A stretch of DNA of 30,649 bases, taken from NCBI GenBank assembly GCA_964626165.1, contig CAZVEM010000010.1, positions 1 through 30,649 of the forward strand, read 5' to 3'. The notes beneath the pieces were generated by a model. That model was not told where the DNA came from. It made no database searches and saw nothing but the letters and a program-made list of their open reading frames with translations. The DNA is from an uncultured Nannocystaceae bacterium. Lineage in GTDB: Bacteria; Myxococcota_A; Polyangia; Nannocystales; Nannocystaceae. Positions 7,445-14,861 of this stretch are shown in pieces; within the stretch, counting starts at the first letter, position 1; the number at the start of each line of letters is the position of its first letter. Made by a program: the position numbers and the translations under genes.

Positions 7445-9517
7445 ATGACGTCGTTCACCATCGAGATCCGATACTCCGACAGGGCACCCGAGTCGCGCAG
7501 CTTCACGCAGCCCAAAGTCAGCATCGGTCGCGACGGAGGAGATATCGCGCTGAAGGACAGCCAAGTCTCCGGCCGCCACGCTGAGCTGCACTTTGATGGA
7601 CAGCGCGTGACCTTTGTCGATGTTGGCTCGACCAATGGTTCCTTCGATCCAAGCGGTGCACGCATCATCGCTCCCAAGGCATTGGGAATCGGCGATTGGG
7701 TTCGACTTGGCGGAGCGACCATCGCCCTGGTCAATGCGGGTTCGGACGCGACTGCAAAGGGCCGCACGATGATGGCGAGCGCCCCGAACTTTGGTCCGCC
7801 GCCGGGTGCACCCGCATTTGGAGCGCCTCCGGGTGCGCCGCCGCGTCCGCCCGGAATGCCGGGCGCGATGCCGCCGGGCATGCCACCCGCCGCTGCTCGT
7901 CCGCCGATGCCCGCCGCACCGCCCGCGATGGCACCTCCGCCCCCGATGCCACCCGCGGCCGCACCACCACCACCCGCACCACCGGCCGCGATGGCCCCAC
8001 CGGCTGCCAAGCCCGGCGCACCCGCCGGTGGTGGTCGCACCATGATGTTCTCGCCGGGTCAGCTACCCGGGATGCCGCCGCGTCCCGGCGCACCGCCGGC
8101 ACCGGCACCGATGGCATCACCGCCCGCGCCACCCGCAGCGATGGCCCCACCACCGGCGCCGCCGCGGCCCCCGATGCCGCCGGCGGCACCCATGGGCATG
8201 GGTGCTCAACCGCCCGCACCTGCATTTGGTGGCGCACCGCCCGCACCGGGTGGATTCCCGCCGCCCGCGGCCGCGCCCTCACCCTTTGGTGCTCCGGCGG
8301 CCGCACCTGCGCCTGCGCCGTCACCCTTTGGTGCACCTCCAGCCGCACCTGCACCCGCACCGTCTCCCTTTGGAGCGCCGGCAGCTGCGCCGGCAGCTGC
8401 GCCGTCGCCCTTTGGAGCACCTGCGCCCGCACCCGCACCTGCGCCGTCACCCTTTGGTGCGCCCGCGCCCGCGCCCTCACCCTTTGGTGCACCTGCAGCA
8501 GCACCTTCACCCTTCGGTGCGCCGGCCCCTGCACCTGCAGGCATGCCCCCTGCGGCACCCGCATTTGGAGCACCCGCAGATCCCAACGCAGCCGCGCCCG
8601 CGGGCATGCCCCCTGCGGCTCCCGATGCGGCGAATCCTGCAGCCGTGCAAGCGGCAGATCCCGGCGCGGTACAAGTCGCTGGCGCTGCGCCTGCTCCCGC
8701 AGCGGACGGTGGAGCCGCAGCAGCCTTTGGCGACTTGATGGCCGCCAACACCGGCGCGGCGACCGAGTTCACCGCAGGCGTGCCGCTCAATGACGGTGGC
8801 TTTGTCACCGCGATCAAGGCGGGCGTCGAGCTCGCCAAGCCCACGCTGATGAGCGCCGCATATCTGATCGGCGCACCGCTGATTGTCCCCTCAGCCGTCC
8901 GCTTCCTTATCGGCTGGATCCCCGTGGTCGGTTGGCTCGTGAGCAGCCTCGTCGCTCTGGCCGGATCGCTCGCGATGATCGTGACGATGCCCGCGTTCTT
9001 CCTGGTGCTCTATAGCGCGGCGGCAGGCAATGCGATCGGCTGGCAGGCCGCCGTCAAGTCGATCATGGGCCGCCTGGTTGAAGTGGTCATCAACTTCTTC
9101 GTCGCAAGCCTGCTCACCATAGTCACGATCGGCATCATGGGATGCTACCTGCCTGGCGTCTTCTTCATTGAAGGCGAGCGCATGTTCGCGATCAACTTCA
9201 AGTGTCTCGCCTATTTCAAGGCGGACTGGAAGCGGATCGTGCTTTCCGCCTTGGTCGCGTCGCTCGTGGTCATGGTTCCCGTGAGCATCGCGGCGTATCT
9301 GGTTGGATTCGTCTTCGGCATCCTGCCCTTCATTGGTTGGTACCTCGGGCCGAACTTGGCGCTGCTGCTCACGACCGCAGGCATCGCGGTGATGATTCCG
9401 ATCGCCGCCGCGACGCTCATCAACCTGCACCTGCAGACGCGCGCCGCACAGGGCTCGGACGTGGCGGCCGAGCTGCGCGCGATGCTCGAGCAATGGGGCG
9501 TCACGAACGCCGGCTAA
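7445..9517 (+). CDS. FHA-domain signalling protein with a long Pro/Ala-rich FG-repeat linker and a C-terminal polytopic membrane domain
   Basis: AAGGAG lies 5 nt upstream of the ATG at 7445. The N-terminus MTSFTIEIRYSD...SIGRDGGDIALKDSQVSGRHAELHFDGQRVTFVDVGSTNGSF is a canonical FHA domain. About 330 residues are P/A-rich with about 8 SPFGAP repeats. The C-terminal roughly 230 aa hold about 6 predicted TM helices. Confidence 0.8.
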   Translation: MTSFTIEIRYSDRAPESRSFTQPKVSIGRDGGDIALKDSQVSGRHAELHFDGQRVTFVDVGSTNGSFDPSGARIIAPKALGIGDWVRLGGATIALVNAGSDATAKGRTMMASAPNFGPPPGAPAFGAPPGAPPRPPGMPGAMPPGMPPAAARPPMPAAPPAMAPPPPMPPAAAPPPPAPPAAMAPPAAKPGAPAGGGRTMMFSPGQLPGMPPRPGAPPAPAPMASPPAPPAAMAPPPAPPRPPMPPAAPMGMGAQPPAPAFGGAPPAPGGFPPPAAAPSPFGAPAAAPAPAPSPFGAPPAAPAPAPSPFGAPAAAPAAAPSPFGAPAPAPAPAPSPFGAPAPAPSPFGAPAAAPSPFGAPAPAPAGMPPAAPAFGAPADPNAAAPAGMPPAAPDAANPAAVQAADPGAVQVAGAAPAPAADGGAAAAFGDLMAANTGAATEFTAGVPLNDGGFVTAIKAGVELAKPTLMSAAYLIGAPLIVPSAVRFLIGWIPVVGWLVSSLVALAGSLAMIVTMPAFFLVLYSAAAGNAIGWQAAVKSIMGRLVEVVINFFVASLLTIVTIGIMGCYLPGVFFIEGERMFAINFKCLAYFKADWKRIVLSALVASLVVMVPVSIAAYLVGFVFGILPFIGWYLGPNLALLLTTAGIAVMIPIAAATLINLHLQTRAAQGSDVAAELRAMLEQWGVTNAG
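8277..8525 (+). repeat. Imperfect tandem 30/42-bp coding repeats encoding (A/P)nSPFGAP units
   Basis: Seen directly in the sequence: ...tcaccctttggtgc... recurs 8 times with GC(A/G)CC(T/C) spacer codons. Confidence 0.7.
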
Positions 9518-9797
9518 GACCTCGACGATCGCGCAGCGTCGAGAGCCGACGCGGGGTGTCGCGCATGTGGGCCGTGAAAGCGGATTCGCATGCGCGATGC
9601 TCATTTGGGGTCTCGACGGAGACGTCGGCGCTGGGGAGCGAGACGTCCTCGCGCGGCGAACTTCCAGCGTCTCTCGCCCAATTTCTCGCGATCGACTCGG
9701 GACTTCGCCGGGCGGATTGGAGGGCCGCGCGGCGGGTTTACGGAGGCGGAGCTGTCGCCTACGTTCCGGCTGCACCGCAGCTCCACCAAGGGCAACC

Positions 9798-12092
9798 ATG
9801 GCCGCGAAGTATCCGCTCACAAACCTCGCCTCGTGTCCCGAACTCACCGCGGACAAGCTTCGACTTGTCTACAAGGAGATGTGTTACTCGCGGTTCCACG
9901 TCGAGCGCATCGTCCAAGAGTGCAGTAAGGGCAATGTCAAGTTCGCGATCTGGGGAGCGGGCGAAGAGCTCCACGGTGCGGCGCAAGCTCTCGCTTACGA
10001 CGGCATGGTCAACAAGGACGCCTTTGGTCTCGTCGGCCATTATCGGTCGTCTGGACTCCTCGGCACGTGGGCGCGCCTGCAGGGCTATCAGGACTTCCAC
10101 CTCGACCACATGCGCCAGCAGCTCTCGCGCAGCACCGATCCTTGGACCGGCGGTCGCCAGATGACGGCGCACTTTTGCGAGCCCAACCTGCACATTCTCC
10201 CGGTTCAAAGCGCGCTTGGCATGCAGCTTGGCAAGGCGGTCGGTTACGCACAGGGATTCAAGATCCGCGGCGTCACGGATGGCCTGGTGGTCTCGGTGAT
10301 CGGTGATGGCACCACCGCAGAAGGCGACCTGCACGATGCAATGAATGGTGGCGCGGTGCTTGAGCTGCCGCTGCTGATCGACATCACCGACAACGGCGTC
10401 GCGATCAGCGTCAAGCCGGAGGATGGCCGCGGCATCAAGGACTTCCGTCTCTACGCCAAGGCCTTTGGCTTTGAGTTCTTTGAGTGCGATGGCAACGACT
10501 TTCTCGGCGTGTACCAGACCTCACAGGCCGCGGCGCGCTACTGCATGGAGCAGCAGCGCCCGGCGATCTTCTGGATCCACTCGCTGGCGCGCCTCAACGG
10601 GCACAGCAATGCGGGCGTCTACAACTTCGACTGGGATGCGCACGACTGTCTCAACGACTTCGGCGCTGCCCTTGTCGACGCGGGCATTCTGTCGCCGGAC
10701 GAGATCGTCCGTCGCAACGACGTCACCGACGGCAAGGACTACTACCGACGTCACGACCTTGGCACGGTTGCAGCCGAATGCGACGCCTACGTCGTCAAGA
10801 CGCTTGAGATCGCGAACTCGGAGCCCGAGCCCACGGCGGAGAGCATCGAGGAGCACATCTACGCGCCGTTTCCCGAGGTCGTTGAGCCACCCAGCGAGGG
10901 ACGCCAGACCGTCATCTCGCTCAATGGCGCCATTCGGGCCGCGCTGCGCGACATCCTTGAGTCCAAGCAGATGGTGTGGCTTTACGGTCAGGACATCGCG
11001 TCGCGCGGCGGCGTGATGCAGGCGACGATGGGACTGTGGGAGCGCTTCCCGGATCGGGTTCGTGATTCACCGATCAACGAGCCGCTGATCGTCGGATCCG
11101 CGGTGGGCTTTGCGATGCACGACGGTGCGACCGCAATCCCAGAGATTCAGTTCAGCGACTACAGCCTCAACACGCTGCACTGGCTCGTCTATCTGGGCAA
11201 CCTGCGCTGGAGTTACAACGCGCGGGTCTCGGCCAACGTCATCTTGCGACTCCCCGTCGAGCCGCTGCACGGAGGCGCGGTTTATCACTCGATGTGCATG
11301 GAGGGCTTTTACGGCTCAATTCCCGGCCTTGTGATCGTGGCGCCGACGACCTCGCGCGACTTCTACGGCTTGCTGCGCACCGCAGCCGAGTACGACGGTC
11401 CCGTTCTCGTCTTTGAGTCCAAGGGCCTGTATCGATTGCCGCTGGGCGATGCGTTCCCCGGTGAGCCGACCGATCCCAAGGAGATCGCAGAGCTCAAGCG
11501 CGCGATCGGCTTCCAGGGGCTGATCCCCGACCTTCCCAAGGACTTCCGTGTGCCGCTGGGCAAGGCAGCGGTGCGTCGAGAAGGACGCGATCTTTCAATC
11601 GTGACCTGGGGTCGCACGACGATGTACTGCGCCGAGGTGGCGGAGAAGTTCGCGCAAGAGGGCATCGACGTCGAGCTCATTGACCTGCGCACGATCGTTC
11701 CGCCGGACATGGACACCGTCCTGGCCAGCGCACGCAAGACAGGTCGCTTGCTGGTGGTCCATGAGGACCGCGTATTCGCAAGCATCGGTCGCGAGATCCA
11801 AGGTGCCGTGCTCGACGCGACCCACAACGAGGGCGTCATCGTGCGCGTGCTGGGCCAAGACCCGATCCCAGGGATCCCGCAGAACGTCAACCTCGAGCAT
11901 CACATCGTGGTCACGCCGGAGAAGGTCGAGCGTGCGGCGCGAGAGCTGCTGGTGCTCCAGCACAGCGCCGCTGCCTCCGGGGCCCCGGTACGAGCATCGA
12001 CGCCCGCCGCCGGCAACGGCGAGGTCGTCACCATTCAAGAGCCTGCGCGCACGCAGGTGCTCTGGACCCCAAGCCGCTACTTCGTGACCTAG
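9798..12092 (+). CDS. Thiamine-diphosphate-dependent 2-oxoacid dehydrogenase E1 component, fused alpha/beta subunits
   Basis: The N-terminal half matches E1-alpha and has the ThDP motif GDGTTAEG...N. The C-terminal half matches E1-beta (transketolase-like Pyr plus C-terminal domains: LYGQDIASRGGVMQATMGLWERFPDRVRDSPINE...). I placed the start at ATG 9798 (MAAKYPLTN); the 77 residues upstream in the track ORF are Arg/Ser-rich junk. Confidence 0.85.
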   Translation: MAAKYPLTNLASCPELTADKLRLVYKEMCYSRFHVERIVQECSKGNVKFAIWGAGEELHGAAQALAYDGMVNKDAFGLVGHYRSSGLLGTWARLQGYQDFHLDHMRQQLSRSTDPWTGGRQMTAHFCEPNLHILPVQSALGMQLGKAVGYAQGFKIRGVTDGLVVSVIGDGTTAEGDLHDAMNGGAVLELPLLIDITDNGVAISVKPEDGRGIKDFRLYAKAFGFEFFECDGNDFLGVYQTSQAAARYCMEQQRPAIFWIHSLARLNGHSNAGVYNFDWDAHDCLNDFGAALVDAGILSPDEIVRRNDVTDGKDYYRRHDLGTVAAECDAYVVKTLEIANSEPEPTAESIEEHIYAPFPEVVEPPSEGRQTVISLNGAIRAALRDILESKQMVWLYGQDIASRGGVMQATMGLWERFPDRVRDSPINEPLIVGSAVGFAMHDGATAIPEIQFSDYSLNTLHWLVYLGNLRWSYNARVSANVILRLPVEPLHGGAVYHSMCMEGFYGSIPGLVIVAPTTSRDFYGLLRTAAEYDGPVLVFESKGLYRLPLGDAFPGEPTDPKEIAELKRAIGFQGLIPDLPKDFRVPLGKAAVRREGRDLSIVTWGRTTMYCAEVAEKFAQEGIDVELIDLRTIVPPDMDTVLASARKTGRLLVVHEDRVFASIGREIQGAVLDATHNEGVIVRVLGQDPIPGIPQNVNLEHHIVVTPEKVERAARELLVLQHSAAASGAPVRASTPAAGNGEVVTIQEPARTQVLWTPSRYFVT

Positions 12093-12094
12093 CG

Positions 12095-12113
12095 GGCTGT
12101 CGAGCACAGCCGA
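12095..12113 (+). terminator. Candidate hairpin (GGCTGT-cgagc-ACAGCC) immediately after the E1 stop codon, followed by GAATT
   Basis: Seen directly in the sequence: a 6-bp perfect stem with a 5-nt loop, in a convergent intergenic gap. There is no strong U-tract, so it is weak. Confidence 0.25.
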
Positions 12114-12191
12114 ATTGGCGGGCTGACGGACAGCTCACCAACGCGGGTGCTCTTGTCAGGTGCGCGGCAGAGCACATGCGCCGCATTCGGC

Positions 12192-13124
12192 CTATGCAGC
12201 GGTGACTCGACGTCGGCGGAGCGCGTAGCCGCCAAGGCACGCCGCCGCGAAGGCAGCCAGGCCAAGCCATCCGACGCGATTGCCATCGGGTGAGGCCGGG
12301 TCAATGTCGCAACGGCATCCACCGGTCTTGGGTGGGGCTTCGCCGCTGGTCGTGCTTGAGCCCGCTGCCTTGCCCTCGCTCTTTGGCGCACTCGTCGAGG
12401 GATCGCACCAGACCTCGTCCCAGGTACTCGCACCGCTGGTCTGACATTGGCGCTGCATGGAGGTGCCGGCAAAGCGACGCTCGCACGCGTCGCGGTCACC
12501 GTGATAGGCGTCGCCGCACGATTCGCACTTGTGGCCGGTCTCAGCCTCCTGCTTCTCCACAGTGCATTGCTCGACGTAGCCCTCCGGAGGTGGAACGTCG
12601 GCATGGGCCACGCCGGCGCCACCCCAAGTGGTGGCGAGCGCCAACACGAGGGCGGCCGTGCTGCCCATCGAGGCGCGTCGGCGTCGTCGCAGCGCGGCAC
12701 CGCTGCCAAGCACAAGACCAAGTGCCGCGAGTCCTACAAGCGCGCCATCGCCACCCGCGATCGAACAGGTCCCGGCGCTGCTCGATGAATCCACACTTGA
12801 GTTGTTGGAACTCGTCGGCATCTTCTTGGCCTCCGCCTTGGCTGCATCTTCGATCCGTTTGGCGTCCTCCTGCGCTTCCTTTTGCATCTGCTCTTTGCGG
12901 CGCTTCTGCGCTTCCTCGGTGTCGATGTCGTCGGCACGGACGAGGGCGGGCGCGACCAATATTCCGAGCGCGAGACATCCCGCTGCGAGACCCGCGATGG
13001 GTCGCGATCCGATCCAGGAAGTCGCAGCTCGCGGTTCGTGTCCGACGACGACGCTGGGGTCTAGGTCGGTCGCAACAGTGGTTGAGATGTCACTCAGAGA
13101 CAGAGCTTGACGGATGTGGAGCAT
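12192..13124 (-). CDS. Secreted MYXO-CTERM protein(s): one ORF containing two consecutive signal-peptide + MYXO-CTERM modules
   Basis: Module 1 has a signal peptide (...GLAAGCLALGILVAPALVRA), a K/E-rich helix, a Ser-rich stretch and then GTCSIAGGDGALVGLAALGLVLGSGAALRRRRR. Module 2 has a signal peptide (MGSTAALVLALATTWGGAGVAHA), an 8-Cys region and then GGCRCDIDP...GWLGLAAFAAACLGGYALRRRR. I checked codon by codon that there is no stop between RRRRRAS and MGST. Confidence 0.55.
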   Translation of the reverse strand: MLHIRQALSLSDISTTVATDLDPSVVVGHEPRAATSWIGSRPIAGLAAGCLALGILVAPALVRADDIDTEEAQKRRKEQMQKEAQEDAKRIEDAAKAEAKKMPTSSNNSSVDSSSSAGTCSIAGGDGALVGLAALGLVLGSGAALRRRRRASMGSTAALVLALATTWGGAGVAHADVPPPEGYVEQCTVEKQEAETGHKCESCGDAYHGDRDACERRFAGTSMQRQCQTSGASTWDEVWCDPSTSAPKSEGKAAGSSTTSGEAPPKTGGCRCDIDPASPDGNRVGWLGLAAFAAACLGGYALRRRRVTAA

Positions 13125-13259
13125 CGGGCCTGCTTTCGCGGCATCGAGGGTAGCACTCCGCGCCGCAAGACCCTAGCTGACGACTTGCGCTTGGCCGCAG
13201 CGCTTAGGGACTGCCGCTGAAGGGGCTTCCCTCAAAGGATGCGAGTGAGAGGCTGCGAG

Positions 13260-13631
13260 TCAGAGGCCAAGACTGGGTGCGAACGCGCGGAGGGCCTGCC
13301 CAACGGCGACGCTCGATGCGTTCGCGAACAGAGCCCACAACAGTGGATCGCGGAGACCCGTCAAGCTCAGCCAGAGTGCCTCGACGGTGATCGCGAAAAT
13401 CTCTGCGACCAGAACGATGACGAGCCACGGCGCTGGAACCACGAAGGGAAAGACAAACCAGACGACGGGATGCGTCAGAGCGCTTGCCAGTACCGCCCAC
13501 ATGATCGCCTTCCACCACGGAAGCGGTTCATCAACAAAGCTACCTCGCAACGCGGCGACGTAGATCGGTGCCTCGACCAGCGAGGTCAGGGCGAAGGCGC
13601 CAATCCAGGTCGAGAGCGCGGCGGTCAGCAT
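13260..13631 (-). CDS. Small integral membrane protein (about 124 aa, 3-4 TM)
   Basis: I placed the start at ATG 13631 (MLTAALSTWIGAFALTSL...), which overlaps the upstream gene's stop by 7 nt (ATGcTGA). The track ORF extends to 13781, but that part is Arg/Pro-rich. Confidence 0.45.
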   Translation of the reverse strand: MLTAALSTWIGAFALTSLVEAPIYVAALRGSFVDEPLPWWKAIMWAVLASALTHPVVWFVFPFVVPAPWLVIVLVAEIFAITVEALWLSLTGLRDPLLWALFANASSVAVGQALRAFAPSLGL

Positions 13632-14737
13632 CGCGCCTCGTCGCCTCCCCGGTCGTGGTCGCGCCGAGACCTCGCGGACCGATCCGAGCCTGGGTTGGTG
13701 TCGCGCTGGCGCGCTGGGCTCCCATGCCTTGTGCTCGCTGTCACCGGGCGGCCCACCGCGATCATCATCGCCAGTGCGCACAGCTCAAGTGAGCCGTGGA
13801 ACCGCGCGAACTGAAGATATCCGGTGCGGGCATCGACGGTGTCCACCAGGCCGGCCCAGAGAGCGACCAAGAGCGCGAGTGCAGCCGAGCAAATCAGCAC
13901 CGGCCAGCCGAGATCATCGACGAGTGCGTGCAACGACGCCCGGAATGTTCGGGGTGTCGGCTGGGCACGGTCGTCCTCGCGGATCAAGCTCAGCCACATT
14001 GTGTAATGCACGCTTTGCAGGAAGCAAAACAACAGCACGAGCCGCAGTCCAAGCTGGTCCACGGGCAGGCCGGCATACCATTGGCTCAAGCGCGCGGGAC
14101 CGGAGACTGAGACCGCCGAGAGCGTGTGGCCGCTGAGAATGTCGACCTGCGTTTCGATCTCAAGCGGCACCGGCGTGCGGGTTGCAAGCGTGACGACGTC
14201 GACGGGGAGCAAGACGAGTAGCGCGATGCCGCCGACAATCATCAGCAATACAAGGTAGTGCCAACGTTCACTGCGTGGTCGCCACATCCACCAGAGCGCA
14301 ACCGCGAGGATGTTGTGCAGGTGCGCCATGACCAAACCGGTTGGCCGCGGGAAGGCGAACGCCACCACGCACAGCGAAATCGTCAGCAAGACCGCGAGCA
14401 TCTGGATCCACCGCAACGAACGCCCCTCCCGCTCCCAGCCGACCAGCAGGACGAACAGCGCGCCGAGGAAGCCAAAGCCGACCATACCGAGCACGCCCGC
14501 AAGCGCGACAGCGATCGCAGCGGGCACCAGGACGTGCCTGCGCGCCAGCAGGCCGTTGCGCACCACGCCGTAGCGGACGTCGGCGACGAGATGGGGGACA
14601 CCGAGCAGGAGCGGTCCGAGAATCAGCAACCAAGCCGGTACCGTGAGCGTGCCAAGCAACGCCAAGGTCACGGCCGCCACCCCCAAGACACCGACCCGTA
14701 GCTCGCGGTCACCCGCGAGCAAACCGCTCCAGGGCAT
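13625..14737 (-). CDS. Polytopic membrane protein of unknown function (about 8-10 TM, His residues in several TM segments)
   Basis: The long hydrophobic ORF is 13625..14875; the start is ambiguous (GTG 14875 or ATG 14737, MPWSGLL). Segments such as GVPHLVAD and LFCFLQSVHY only loosely resemble Brp/Blh-family motifs, and the His spacing is not conserved, so I make no functional call. It is co-directional with and overlaps the downstream small membrane gene. Confidence 0.5.
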   Translation of the reverse strand: MPWSGLLAGDRELRVGVLGVAAVTLALLGTLTVPAWLLILGPLLLGVPHLVADVRYGVVRNGLLARRHVLVPAAIAVALAGVLGMVGFGFLGALFVLLVGWEREGRSLRWIQMLAVLLTISLCVVAFAFPRPTGLVMAHLHNILAVALWWMWRPRSERWHYLVLLMIVGGIALLVLLPVDVVTLATRTPVPLEIETQVDILSGHTLSAVSVSGPARLSQWYAGLPVDQLGLRLVLLFCFLQSVHYTMWLSLIREDDRAQPTPRTFRASLHALVDDLGWPVLICSAALALLVALWAGLVDTVDARTGYLQFARFHGSLELCALAMMIAVGRPVTASTRHGSPARQRDTNPGSDRSARSRRDHDRGGDEARC

Positions 14738-14861
14738 CGTGCGCTTGAGAACGCGGGCACGCGCGCGATCGAGCAGACCCAGAGGGCGATCGAGCCAAGG
14801 TTGCGTGCCGGCGTGGAGCACCAGGTGGTACTCTGCCTCAGGCTTTGCCACGGCGTCGAGT

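Noticed and set aside
7078-8844. Several long ORFs in both directions (7078..8043-, 7696..8793+, 7731..8573-, 8202..8738+, 8206..8844-) over the Pro/Ala repeat region
   Set aside because: The repetitive GCN/CCN sequence is open in all frames. Only the 7445..9517 frame links an FHA domain to a TM domain and has an AAGGAG site.
8891-9856. 321-aa minus-strand ORF
   Set aside because: It is antisense to the TM domain of the FHA protein and the upstream leader of the E1 gene. The product is His/Arg/Asp-rich nonsense.
12089-13153. ORFs 12089..12721(-) and 12290..13153(+) overlapping the MYXO-CTERM gene
   Set aside because: They are alternative frames with Arg/Pro-rich products. The chosen frame has signal peptides and sorting motifs.
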